Source: Heteronotia binoei (Eukaryota). From it: DNA of 64,000 bases. How positions within the stretch are numbered: position 1 is the first letter of the stretch; every line of letters begins with the position of its first letter. Shown here one piece after another: positions 34,572 to 47,403 of the stretch. The stretch covers positions 4,278,001-4,342,000 of the forward strand of contig NC_083233.1 in the NCBI RefSeq assembly GCF_032191835.1, written 5' to 3'. A model generated the notes under the pieces. The model was not told the origin of the DNA. It searched no databases and was given only the letters and a program-made list of their open reading frames with translations. The position numbers were made by a program, and so were the translations under genes.

Positions 34572-36143
34572 TTTTCCATTCCAGACCTAGCAACCTTATC
34601 GGTGATTCTGCAGAACCTCCCTTCCAGTTTCTCAGAAGAAATCAGCTGGTTCCATTCTGATTTATAGCACAGTGCCCCCCCCCCCAAATATTGTACCACA
34701 CATATTACATGTTAAAGTGAAAAAATATATAGATTCCTTGCTGCAGTGCATGGATTTCTCCCAAAGAACATTCTGACTGTGGGTGAGAAAAGGCAGTGAC
34801 AAAATGACTTTCTCTAATAGCATTTTGCAGGGCCCTTTTGCAGCCTAGCATATGCATTTTGAATGTGTTTTGAAATGGGAGTGCCATGGAAGAAAATCCA
34901 CTTGATGTGCCCAAGAGGGACAGAGTATAAGCAGCCCAGTTACTGCCCCTGTCTGTCCCCACCTGAATTCTGCTTCCAGTGGCTCAGCAAGCATGAGCAG
35001 ACCTGTCTGTAGGCCCCGGTGCAGCACACAGAGGAGCCTGGGGACGAGAAGGCCAGGCCTGGCTGCCAGAAGGGCAGGTGTGGCAAGGGTGGATATCGGG
35101 TATTGGCTGCAGGCCACAGATAGCCCAGGAATGTCCTTGTTGCTGCCCCAGACAAGCCCAAATATGTAAGACAGAAATAAGGCTTTGACTGCTTTTTGGT
35201 GGATACCATATTAGCATTTTATATGAGTGTCAACAGAATATTGCATTCCTCCGCTTTTTGGAAATCATCAACATTGCAAACCCTTTGCAAGAACAGGGAT
35301 TTTCTCTGAGATTGGGTAGTTAGTGGGAGCTACAAAAACTTCTTCATTTTACATAGCTTGCATGTAACCGCATCATGAGCAAGGTGGTGTGACTTCCACC
35401 ACTCCTTGTTTATTCTCTTTCCTTTTTTCCAGTGAGGGAAATGGGAAATTTAAGGGAGCATTAAAAGACCCCTGTGATTCCTTTTCCCTTTTGGAATACC
35501 TGAAGTGAAAAGGTATTATTCAAAACAAGTCGTATAGCAATCTTTATGCAAGATTACCTACAGTATTAGATAATGATAATTCCTAGGCACATTGGTAGAC
35601 ATACATAACTTGGGGTGGGCGTGGGCCAAAGAAATGGACGTCTGTGCAGGTTTGTTGTTCGTGGGGTTTATGAACCGCAAACCTCCACAGACTTTCCTGT
35701 TTAATGGTTGTGATTTGGAGGGAAGGCATTCAAAATACTCTCCCTTCACTCCTGAAAGTGTGCATGACTGGGGGAAGGGATGCTCCCCCTTCATTCGCCA
35801 AGGTCCCACCACGGTGGTGGCACACTTCCATGAGTGAAGGGAAGGCAATTCGCACCTCAGTGAGGGAAGGGAAGGCAATCCCCCCCCCCTTGCCTTCGCA
35901 TTCCTTGGTGCCAGCATGCCTGGCTCATGGACCACTCCCATGGACCACACAAACCTGTTTCCCTCTGTGGGAAACATGGCAGTCCATGGGTGGGTCACAA
36001 GTGGTGTGATTGCATGAACTGGGCTCACAGGCCATGAACTGGGCATAACAAAATTGGCTCCATGAGCTGGTTCATGCCCATCTCTGTATACAACATTTTA
36101 AAGAATATTTTTGTTCAGATGTGAATAATTTGGGCGGCAACAA

Positions 36144-36411
36144 GAGCCAGTTTAGTGTAGAGGTTAAAAGCAGCAGACTCTAATCTGGAGAACAGGGTTT
36201 GATTCCCCAGGCATCCCCCACGTGCAGCTGCTGGGTGACCTTGGGTCAGTCACAGTTCTCCCAGAGCTGTTCTCTCAAGAGCAGTTCTCTCAGAGCTCTC
36301 TCGGTCCCACCTACTTCACAGGGTGTCTGTTGTGGGGAGAGGGAGGGAAAGGAGATTGGAAGCCGCTCTGAGACTCCGATTGTAAATCCAGTCTCCTCCT
36401 CTTCCTCTTCT
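36144..36411 (+). mobile_element. Squam3-like SINE
   Basis: GAGCCAGTTTAGTGTAG..CTCACAGGGTGTCTGTTGTGGGG-like body; CTCCTCTTC tail. Confidence 0.85.
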
Positions 36412-38524
36412 GTTGTAACATGTCTCATAATAATATATTAAGGAGTTAAATGTTTTCAGTGTTATAAAGCTTAACTCAGTACCCAAATACACAGATAATC
36501 GGTGACTATATGTGTGTTTCATTCCAAATAATACTTTCTTGTGATTACCACAGAATTTGGTTTCTATATTGAACTTTTATTTCTCAAATTGCAAAAATTA
36601 AGATATATGAGCTATGTTAACATAGGGTGCAGCAGTTTGCAACTCTCTTTCAAGTACTGGGTATACTTGCAGAGGGGGTTAAATTCAAATTAAATAAAGA
36701 CATTTAAATTCATGTAAATAGTATGATTTAAGTGATGGTGTATTTTATGTTGTTAAATCAGTATGAAAGTAAGCGTTGTATATTTCAGTTTTTCCCCAAA
36801 TTTCCATTTTGTTGTTGTTTTTCTTTTCTAAAAAAGAACAAAAAGGGGGTGGGGAGATGTTTCCTCATAGCTTCACAATATCTGAAAATGCTACATCTTT
36901 GTCAAGTACACACCTGGTGCGCAGCCCAGTTCCTGTGTAGCAGTCAAGAGTGAGTCAAGAGAATTCTTCTCAGAGAGTTCTTCTCAGTCCCGATGTCTGG
37001 GGTGTCCAGTTCAGACTGCGGCTGTGGCACACATGAAGCCTCCCCTTCCCCGCATCATTTTTATGACCAGCAATGGCTCACTTAGCCAGTTGAGGAAGTA
37101 CACATGCTGCAGTTGTGATCTGAAGTAGGCAAGAGGAATGGAGGAGCACCCACGACTGGCCTCCTTCATACAGCAAGGCCCAGGTGGATGTCTTTTCCTG
37201 TCTCCACCCACAAAACAAGGGTTTGAGGGAAATAGAAATATAAGAAATACTTCCTTTCTTAAAACAGCTAAACTAATTCCAGTGCTTTAACAACATAACA
37301 TGCGTAATTTATAACTGAGGAATCAAGATATATTTATGAAATTTAAAAGGGTAAATGCTTTCCTGTTCTACAAACAAAATTATCAACACACCACAAAACA
37401 GGGAAAGAGCTACAAATGCTGCACCCTGTATATTGCATCTTAGTTTTTGCCATCTGAGAAGTGGGAAAATTTAAAAGTTGAAAATAGAAAGAGTAAGTTT
37501 TCTAATAAACAAAAAGGAATGTATTGTTTGTACGGAATGGCCTCATACAGTCACAACAGAAATCGTAGCATAAGCTAACACTGAAATCTCTGAACTCTTC
37601 AATAGTTATATGTTTGAACTGCAGACAAGGTTAGCTCCAGTTAAACAATAAACATATCCTTGAGAACAGATGTCTGCAGAACAGAGAGGAATTATTGTCT
37701 AATGCTGGAAATCGGTGTTGATTTCCCCGTACAGCAGACGGAGGCTGAGACTAGGAGGCATTAAGATACCCTGGCTTATCTCAGCTGCTTTACAGCTGGG
37801 GCCAGATTCAGACCTCGCGTTGTAGGCAGGGGACCAGGGAAGCTGTCTGCAGGCTTGACACCACTCTGGGAGGGGCCCAGAGCACCCACCCGACCCCATG
37901 TGTCCACTTTTTCCCAGTGGGCTTTGTTTATTTATATATCCCACCCTCCCTTAGGGCAGAATACATCATAACAATCAATGCAATACAAACATACTGCAAT
38001 ATAAAAACAGTGCTACTCAGATGGCGATAAAACCCAGCAGGGGCAGCTTGTGAGGGAGAGGGTGGGGGTGGAAGATGGGAGTGCTAGAGGGTGCAGCCAT
38101 GGCTTCCACAGGAGCTCCCAGGAGCCTTCTGAGGGTGCCCCTCCCCCCCCCCACCTTGTCCGCTGAAGAGGAGGTGCAGCTGCAGAACAATCCCTGGAGG
38201 AGCTCCACCACCTCTTTTCCTACAAAACGACCCCTGGCTGTCCTCAACCAAAAGCTTACCTAAATTTTACTTTGTATGTGACCGAATGAATCTAGTAATA
38301 ACTGGTTTTCAAATAGTTGGTACAATAATTAGAAAAGTAAAGGCAGGTAAGCAGACAAATAAAAGAACCATGCCGCATCTCTCTATAGACTGTCCCACAC
38401 TGTCTCTTGGGGATGGGCTTCTGGAGGAGGGAGCCATCCGTCTGTAGCAGCCGCTCCACAGCTCTGCTCCCCCGCTTGGGGCGGGGCCTTTTAGCCCTCT
38501 CTCTACTCCTGGACTGGCGTACAT

Positions 38525-38990
38525 TATTTTATTTCTTATATTTATATCTCACCCTTCCCAGTTGGGCTCAGGGTGGGTAACATCAGAGTATATAACATAA
38601 AAAACCAGTCAGTATATAATTTTTTAAAAGATAAAACAACTAACAATAAAAAGAAGGCAAAAGATATATTATAATTCTGCATTCAGAATCCACCCATGGA
38701 CTGGTCAGATGATAGTAGGACATATTGCAGCAAGACTCCATATGGGTAGATGGTCCAGGCAGCTTCTATGCCAGGTGGTTGGACGTCGCCTCCTCAGCCA
38801 AAAGCCTGATGGAACAGCTCTGCTTTACAGGCCCTGCAAAACTGCACTAAGTTCCGCAAGGCCCTGATCTCAGGTGGGAGCATGTTCCACCAAGTAGGGG
38901 CCAGCGCAGAGAAAGCCCTGGCTGTGGTTGAGGCTAAGTGGACATCCTTTGGTCCAGGCATTACCAGTAGGTGTTGATCAGCAGACCACA
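38525..38990 (-). mobile_element. L2 LINE 3' fragment
   Basis: Minus strand TTARAFSALAPTWWNMLPPEIRALRNL..FCRACKAELFHQAFG plus AT-rich tail. Confidence 0.82.
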
Positions 38991-40045
38991 AGGCTCTCCA
39001 GGAGGTGCATTAGGCTTGCCAGTCCCCAGATCCTCCTCACAGCCCTGCCCCCCTGCCCAGCCCTCCGACCCAGAAGGTGCTAGGCGGGGGTGGCATGCAA
39101 CATGTCTGCTCATGTTGGAGGCATTCGGATCAGCTCCAAACACCTCCAATGCGAGTGAACATGCTGCCCTGCGCCTTCCGGATCTGTGCTTCACCACAGA
39201 CCCGGAAGGGGCAGGGCTGACAGGGGGCAGTGTGTGGCATGTTTGCTTGCCTTGGAGACATTCGGAGGTGAGCAAACGTGCCATGGTCCCCTCTCAGCCC
39301 CCTCCGAATTGGAGGGCTGGGTGAGGGGGGTGGTGTGCTGCATGCCCCACCTCCTTGCCTGGAGCACTGGAGACCCCAGCACTGCTGCTGCTGCCAGAGT
39401 CCACCCACATCCCTGTCCAGCACCATGTTGTTTTTACCCAAATATTAGAGCATTCTCTGTGTCACATGCCCAATGAGATGGCATCAGTTCAGGGTGACTT
39501 CATTGCACCCGCACACATCCCCTGCTGGCAGCCAAGGAAGGCCTGGCAAGCAACCCTACTCCAAGGCCCTCTGGCTAGTGCTGGGAGGGGGTGACCTTGT
39601 TCTGTGTAGGGCAGAGTGACCTTTGATTTTTCAGGCGGGGGGGGGGGGGATTCTCTGTTGCTGCATTATATTGCCCTGGAGAGAGCATGGTGTTTTTCCT
39701 CATAGGAAGCCAAATAGAGATCAGATGGGTGGGGCTTGGAACCCTTTCCTCAATTCCCTTCAACTCTTGGGGGAGAGGTGGAGTCAGTTCCCTACAAATG
39801 TGGTTCCATTTTGATTATAAAACACCCACTCCAGACTCACAGAAAGATCCCCTGTTCCACCATAGAAAACGGTGGACCTGTAAATCCAGCCCCCCCCCCC
39901 CAGATGTGTGTGTATTTTTGCCTTCAAGTCACAGCTGACTTTTTAATTTATTTTTATTTATTTTGGTTAATTTATATTCCCCCCTTTCCTGGATGGGCTC
40001 AAAAATCACTTATGGCAGCCGTATGGAGTTTTCAAGATGTCCAGA

Positions 40046-40160
40046 GGGGTGGTTTGTCCTTGCCTGCCTCTGGGCAGTGACCCTGGACTTCCTTGGTGGT
40101 CTCCTGGGCTGAGCTTCTGAGATCTGACAAGATCTGTCTAGTCTTGGCTCTATCCAGATT
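40046..40160 (-). mobile_element. 5S rRNA-derived SINE, internally deleted
   Basis: Reverse strand CAGATCTTGTCAGATCTCAGAAGCTCAGC..GAGACCACCAAGGAAGTCCAGG. Confidence 0.6.
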
Positions 40161-41009
40161 AGGACCAAAACCAGTAAAAGGACATCAAAAAAATCAGAAT
40201 TACGTTATTGGTGCCCCCCCTTCAAATTTCAAATCCAAATGTTATCATTTTTTCCCTAAAACGTGGGCCCTTAATGTTGAAACAAGATTTACTCGAGACA
40301 GGGATGGTTTTGTACCCCAGCACACATTCTCTGAGGCTGCTGGATTCCGTTTATGAATCAAAACTTGAGATGTTTCATATCATCCCAATTAATGTGACGA
40401 AATCATGACAACTGGTATCCAGCAAAAAAGTCTAATTTAGCTGTGCATGCACGAGTTCTGCCTCTCTTTTAATGTCATTATGGCTAAAAACCTGCACACT
40501 GGTGTAATGCTGCTTTAGAGCCAAATGGATTAGGATGCTTTCAGAATTGGCTTCAATTGGATTTGCTGAATTGAATGTACTTCAGAAAGAGTTTTCATTT
40601 GCAATGTCAGACTTCCTAGTGAAATGCCGATTTAAAAATGCAGAACCTCATCCAGATCAGTATTATTATTATTATTACATTTGTTTATTTATATTCTGCC
40701 CATTCCCCCATAGGGGCTCAGAGCGGAGTACAACATAAATAATAAAATCATAATAAAATCACAACAGCATGACAATAAAAACCAATCACAATATTCAGAA
40801 TTACAATATTCAGCCCAACAGGGATGCCTGGGAGTTCATGTCATGCGCCTCTAGTTTATCAGAGGCTTCATTCACACATGCAGGCCGCTCTCTTGGTGAC
40901 TGTGAGAGCCGCTGCAGACTGGACTGTGACTGCCCGGATCCACGTGAGCCCTTTTCAGGCATTGCAGCCATCTGATTTGGGTTTGGGAGTCTCCCAACAG
41001 TGTGTGGAT

Positions 41010-41573
41010 CAGGGGTGTCAAACTCATTTGTTAGGAGGGCTAGACCTGAAATCAATGAAGCCTTGTCAGGCCAGGCCGTGTGTGTCATAAAATATAATGC
41101 CAGGTAGCAGAGCTATAAACTTTATAAAGGACACAAATACAATTAAAGATTTTTTTAAAAAACTTTTTAAAACATGCTTAAAACATTAGCACTCGGTCTT
41201 AAAGGTGCTTTCTTTATATCTCACCCATGGAATCCAGGGAACTGGGCAAAAGAAGCTCTGGCTTTTTCCATCCTTCCCCAGGTGACCAATATAAGGAAGA
41301 GAGGCTTGGCTCAGTAGCTCTGCTGTGTGATTGAGAGAGCCTGGCAAAGCAAGCTAATCCTCCCCACTTCCTCCCCAAGAGAGGAGCCTCAGCCAATGGA
41401 GAAAATAGAGGGTTTGCCCTATAGCTCCTGAGCAAGCCTTGCAAAGCAAGCTGTGATGCAGAAGGAACCAAGAGAGAGGGAGAAGGTAGCAAATGACAGC
41501 CAGTTGCTCGGGGGCCTGATAGGAGCCCTCTGGGGGCCTGATTCAGCTCCTGGGCCACATGTTTGACAGCCTG
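41010..41573. mobile_element. hAT-Charlie-like MITE (same family as 33107)
   Basis: CAGGGGTGTCAAACTCATTTGTTA...GGCCACATGTTTGACAGCCTG; TSD not clear. Confidence 0.8.
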
Positions 41574-41650
41574 CTGATCTTCCTGATATGTGCATTTGTA
41601 TTGTCTGGACAATTGCAATATGTGCATTTTGCATGCATGTGCAACTTTGA

Positions 41651-41946
41651 GGAGCCCCATGGTACAGAGTGGTAAGCTGCAGTACTGCAGTCCAAGCTTT
41701 GCTCACAGCCTGAGTTCGATCCCAGCAGAAGTTGGGTTCAGGTAGCCAGCTCCTGGTTGACTCAGCCTTCCATCCTTCTGAGGTTGGTAAAATGAGTCCC
41801 CAGCTTGCTGGGGGGAAAGTGTAGATGACTGGGGAAGGCAATGGCAAACCACCCTGTAAAAAAGTCTGCCATGAAAACATTCTGAAAGCAACGTCATCCC
41901 AGAGTTGGAAACAACCAAAGCTTGCAAAGGGGACTACCTTTGCCTT
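41651..41946 (+). mobile_element. Sauria (Squam1-like) SINE
   Basis: Closely matches 23826-24124. Confidence 0.85.
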
Positions 41947-41994
41947 TACAGCTTTGGTATGTGTGAACTGACTACTGGATGCAAATTGATGGGT

Positions 41995-42195
41995 TGATTC
42001 ACTTCATTTATACCCCACCTTTCTTCTCACTTGAACCCCAAGTCAGTTGACATTGTTCTGCTCTCCTCTGTTTTATCCTCAAAACAACCCTGTGAGGTGG
42101 GTTACACTGAGAGTGTGTGCATGGCCCAAGCCTCCATAGTAGAGTGGGGATTTGAACTTGGGTCTCCCAGAATTGTAGCCTAATGCTCAGGCTAG
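41995..42195 (-). mobile_element. Ther1/MIR-like SINE
   Basis: TTTTATCCTCAAAACAACCCTGTGAGGTGGGTT..GGGATTTGAACTTGGGTCTCC. Confidence 0.7.
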
Positions 42196-42569
42196 CCTCA
42201 GACAGTCCACTGTTCTAATAATATGGCAACCAAGCATATCGAGAGTGTGACATGTGCTTTGCGCTTCCCTTGCATGTGGTTCCTCAGCTCTTACTCCATG
42301 TGGATGTAAGGCCTGAAGAGCGACATTCCCTCAGTCACATGCTCTTCCATGGAGCTGGCTCACGTCTTCAGCCATCCTGTCTGCTTGTAGAAGAACCCAG
42401 GGGAACCAGTCCGGGGCTGACTTTGCAGGGAAAGTGGAGGGAAGAGAGGAGAGCTGCTCTTTCATGTCACTGAAGGTAAATCTGGCCATAGCTCAGAGTT
42501 GCAGCTGCATTCTTCCCAAAGGGACATGTTGGGGCAAATGTGGACGTTTCTGCTCAAGACAAGGCTGAA

Positions 42570-42725
42570 NNNNNNNNNNNNNNNNNNNNNNNNNNNNNNN
42601 NNNNNNNNNNNNNNNNNNNNNNNNNNNNNNNNNNNNNNNNNNNNNNNNNNNNNNNNNNNNNNNNNNNNNNNNNNNNNNNNNNNNNNNNNNNNNNNNNNNN
42701 NNNNNNNNNNNNNNNNNNNNNNNNN
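42570..42725. other. Assembly gap (156 N)
   Basis: Run of N. Confidence 1.
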
Positions 42726-43615
42726 AAAATTGCCCACCTGAACATGAAGACTTGCTCACCCCTTCTGCTGGTCAAGCCGTGTGATGGACATCCTTCGTCT
42801 CTCACCAGCCACTCTGTGAACAAGCTCTCCAGGCAGTGAGCAGCCCTCAGAACTGGCATTTCTGCCACATTTAATTTAAATTGAGAGGCTCCTACTCAAG
42901 GGAAACTGGCAAAGGAGGTTGAATGAAACAGTTAATGAGTAGTGCAACTGAGGGTGTGGGAGGTCCTAGTCTGAGTCTCTGTGGCATTAAATAATTAGGT
43001 GAATTAATCTAGTTTTCATCTGCATCCAATTTGGAGGACAGTTCTTGATTACTGTCCCTGTTGGGGTACAGCTGCCCCTTCCACCCCATCCTCTGTCTAG
43101 TCTCCTGGGTCTTCTTCCAAGATTTGGGTCACTGGAGCCAGCGGTGGTGGCTGCTGCTGCGTTAGTGTCAAGACTTCCCTGGGCCGTGCTTTACGCGGGA
43201 GGAAGCCTTCTTGGAAGGGAAGAACAATTCCCAGAAGAAGAGGAGCTCACCATGGCTTGTGCATCACAGAAGCTCCAGGGAAAAGAGGAGACCCCGTGCC
43301 TGCTCCCCAACAGCAGTCTCCCATTGAAATCCCCATGGAACATACATTAAATTGCCACTGGCAAATTCCAGTGGCTACCTTGGTGAAGCACTTTCATGGT
43401 GGATTTCTGGGGGTCTGATTGCCCTAAGGGCAGTCCGTGCCATGGAAACACATGAGCAGTGTGATCATTCCACTCTGTTTCTGGCATTTCTTTTCCACTC
43501 CGAACCCAATTTCAGCATGTGCTTCAGAGCCCCCTTAAGAATGTGGCCTGGAGTGCACGTCCACTTGTTGACTTCTGCCCATGCACAGCAGGACTTAGGA
43601 GAAAAACACCAAGAA

Positions 43616-43766
43616 NNNNNNNNNNNNNNNNNNNNNNNNNNNNNNNNNNNNNNNNNNNNNNNNNNNNNNNNNNNNNNNNNNNNNNNNNNNNNNNNNNNNN
43701 NNNNNNNNNNNNNNNNNNNNNNNNNNNNNNNNNNNNNNNNNNNNNNNNNNNNNNNNNNNNNNNNNN
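43616..43766. other. Assembly gap (151 N)
   Basis: Run of N. Confidence 1.
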
Positions 43767-45123
43767 CAGCTCTCAAACATCTGACATTTATTCTATGTGG
43801 CTCTTACATCAAGCAAATTCAGCCACCCCTGGCCTAGATGGACCATGGGTGTGAGGCAGCTTCTTCTGCTGTTTTAAGTATTAATAAACATTTCAATCCC
43901 TCCTTTCTGGATGTTTACTTCCTCTTCTGAGAATACTGCATAAATAGAAAAAAGCTCTTTCCTGATGCCCTTGATGAGACAGCAGCTGGGGGGGGGCAGC
44001 AAATTGAGATGTGTAATTGTTTGGGCTCTCCAGGTAGAGACACAAAGATCACAATAATTTATTGCTTGCAAAATGGGAAAGGACTGCATCCTCCTGAAAT
44101 TAAACATAGTCATCAAGCTGTTGAGAGGTTTTACAAAGCAGGCAGAGAAGAGGGGGGGGAAGGACCCTCAAGACTAAAGAAATGCTATTTGCAGTTCTGA
44201 TTGACTAAGTACTTATCAGTTTTGAAGTGCTGAGAAAGAGTCATCCTGAAAACAGTAGGTATTGATATGAGAAGAGTTTTGATGGAACTACCTTGAGGTT
44301 TATATATACTTATTATACATCAGACTTCTCTTGATTTCTCACTATTGTTTTGCGTCAGGAGAAGAGAAACAATTCCTTCATTGCACTCGCAAGTGAGAAT
44401 GGTGTGGATTTGTTTGCTGTGCTGGTTGTTTCTGCAGGGCAAACAACTTCTCCTGCCTCTGGGTGGGGAAGTTTTCCCTTTATGCTGCCCTGGAACAAAA
44501 GCTGAGAAAACGGGAGAATTGGACACGCTGGTGGAGTCTTTGAGGACTGCAGAAGCTTTTATGCCCCATCAGGTTAGGGCTTATTTATCACCAGACAAAG
44601 CTATAAATATGTGGAAAGTGCCATCAGAAGCGGTAATATTTCTATGTACCTGTGGCCTGGGAGAAATCCTTTCTTCACAGCTGGTGAAGGGAGGAGTATT
44701 TCACACCATCAGAGTGTTCCAAGAGGAGTTTACAGTCTTCTTTCACCATCCCTTGTATTTCTTCAGTCTGCTCTGTCACAATCAACCTTATGTAAAGACA
44801 ACAGCAGATGTTGCCAGCATTTCCTGATTCTGTTTGCTCAGACACATGCACAGTTTGTGTGTCAGTTGGAAGCCCAGGACCAGCCACCCAACTGTCTGTT
44901 GGCAAGGGAGGGTCCAGAGATCTCACTACATCTGTGCAATTTCTGTCTGCCTTTAGCTTTATAAGGGCACAACTCTCTTCAAGGGACTCTCTTGAAGTCT
45001 TCCTGCCTGTCTGGGAACTAATCACCTCCTTTCAGCATGAATTTGCAAAAAAGGAAAGAAAGAAATCTTTGTTGTTGCTGCATAAAACATAGCAGCTGTG
45101 TCATTAAAGTAAAGTAAGAAAAG

Positions 45124-45480
45124 TAACATTTTATTTATATCCCGCCCTCCCCTGCCAAGCAGGCTCAGGGCGGCTAACAACAACAGAAAATAACAATACA
45201 TTAATAAAACATTAAATTAACCTTAAAACCAATTAATACATTAATTAAAAAACGTTACTAATCTAATAGCATTAAATTAACTCTAACCGTAATATTATCA
45301 TTTGACGCTATGCCTGTCAGTTGGTATTGATGGCGGATCTCCGGACTGGACTATTTTGAGGTTTCTTTGTTATGCACTTATAGTTCAGCTATTCATAAAC
45401 GCCAGTTTAAAGAGGGTGGTCTTGCAGGCCCTGCGGAACTGATCAAGGTTCCGCAGGGCCCGCACCTCCTCTGGGAGCAG
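45124..45480 (-). mobile_element. L2 LINE 3' fragment
   Basis: Minus strand LLPEEVRALRNLDQFRRACKTTLFKLAF; TTTATATCCCGCCCTCCCC end. Confidence 0.82.
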
Positions 45481-45642
45481 GCTGTGTTTTGTCCTGTTCT
45501 GCATTTGGTGGCCTGTAGATCTGGCTGCAGGGACCCCGAGTGAAGCTTTCAAAGATAATGGGAGGGACCATTGAAATGCCCCCAAATAATCAGCTTCATT
45601 GTCATACAGTGTGAAGTTTCACGGGGGTTCATAGGCAAAGAG

Positions 45643-46111
45643 TAGGGTTGCCAGTCCCCAGTTGGGGGCAGGGGATCCCCTGGTTTGAAGTCCCCCCCCC
45701 CCATTTCAGGGTTATCAGAAAGTTGAGGGGGGGGGTTGAATTTCCACTGGGCACTCTACTATACCCTATGGAGAATCAATCTGGGGGCTGTTTTCTGAGG
45801 TAGAGGTACCAAATTTTCAGCATAGCATCTGGTGCCTCTCCTAACACACACACACACACAACCCAGTTTAAAAAAGATTGGACCAGGGAGTCCAATTCTT
45901 TGAGCCCCAAAAGAAGGTGCTCCCATCCTCCATTATTTCCAGTGAAGGGAAGACATTTAAAAGGAGTGTGGTCCCTTTAAATGTGATGACCAGAACTCCC
46001 TTAAGAGTTCAATCATGCTTATCACAACCATGCTCCTGGCTTCACCCCCACAGTCTCCTGACTCCACCCCCAAAGTCCCAGATACTTCCTGAGTTGGACC
46101 TGGCAACCCTA
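45643..46111. mobile_element. hAT-Blackjack-like MITE with TSD
   Basis: Perfect TIR TAGGGTTGCCA/TGGCAACCCTA; flanks GCAAAGAG / GGAAAGAG (7 of 8). Confidence 0.9.
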
Positions 46112-46374
46112 GGAAAGAGGAGGAGCTTGGATTTAAACCCCACCCTTCTCTCGGAGTCTCAGAGCGGTCACAATCTCCTTTCCCTTCTCCTCCCCACAAC
46201 AGACACCCTGTGAGGCAGGTGGGGCTGAGAGACTCAGAAAATTGCTCTTGAGCAGAACAGCTCTGAAAGAACTTGTGATGGACTCAAGGCCATTCCAGCA
46301 GGTGCAAGTGGAGGAGCGGAGAATCAAACCTGGTTCTCCCAGATAGGAATCCATGCACTTAACCACTACATCAA
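46112..46374 (-). mobile_element. Squam3-like SINE
   Basis: CCCCACAACAGACACCCTGTGAGG..GCACTTAACCACTACA. Confidence 0.85.
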
Positions 46375-46880
46375 GCGCCTGTGGTGCTGGTTGCTGGCTT
46401 GCTCACAGTGTCTCTCACCATGGACAGCCCTCATGTGCTTTCCCTCCCTCCCCTTCTGCTGGCCACACAGGCAGCACCATCTCCCCTTTGATGCAGTGCC
46501 ACACATCTGGGCCTAGCAGGGCCTCCTACTGGCTGCCACCTCTCTGGTACGGGTCTGTATGGAAAGGCCCAGAGCACCCAACCAACCCTGTATCTTCCTT
46601 ATTAATAGATACCTCCTAATTGTGTCCAAGGAGATGTGAAGACCCAAGGAGTATAACAACAGTTTATTTACAGTGCTCAAATAATGTGGGTGACAAAGAT
46701 TTAGTGCTAAAGGGAATATGAAAACAGTAAAGGTTGATGCAAAGAAACAAAAGCCCTGACACATTTAATTATACAGTCCCTACTCTAATAACCAACACTC
46801 ACCCCTTGCCTAGGATGAGGGATCTTTCCCCTGCTACAAGCTCTCTAAGCTTCAGCCTGCCTCCAGTTCAGCCTTCCAGG

Positions 46881-47403
46881 TAGGGTTGCCAATCTCCAGG
46901 TGGGGGCAGTGGATCCCCCGGTTTGGAGGCCCTTCCCCCGCTTCAGGGTCATCAGAAAGTGGGGGGAGGGGAGGGAAATGTCTGCTGGGAACTCTATTAT
47001 TCCCTATGGAGATTTATTCCCATAGAAAATCATGGAGAATTGATCTGTGGGTATCTGGGGGGGGCTGCTTTTTGGGGTAGAGGAACCAAATTTTCAGTAT
47101 AGCATCTAGTGCCTCTCCCCAAAATACTCCTCAAGTTTCAAAAAGATTGGATCAGGGAGTCCAATTCTATGAGCCCCAAAAGAAGGTGCCCCTATCCTTC
47201 ATTATTTCCTATGGAAGGAAGGAATTGAAAAGGTGTGCTGTCCCTTTAAATGTGATGGCCAGAACTCCCTTTGGAGCTCAATTATGCTTGTCACACCCTT
47301 GTTCCTGGCTCCACCCTGAATGTCTCCTGGCTCCACCCCCAAAGTGTCCTGGCCCCACCCCTAAAGTCCCCAGATATTTCTTGAATTGGACTTGGCAACT
47401 TTG
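46881..47403. mobile_element. hAT-Blackjack-like MITE with TSD (same family and orientation as 45643)
   Basis: TAGGGTTGCCA ... TGGCAACTTTG; flanks CTTCCAGG / CTTCCAAG (7 of 8). Confidence 0.88.

Noticed and set aside
36420-37950. Possible antisense exon or retrocopy (minus-strand 66-aa and 81-aa ORFs, UTR-like AT-rich flank)
   Set aside because: No recognisable protein similarity, stops in all frames; needs a BLAST search to revisit
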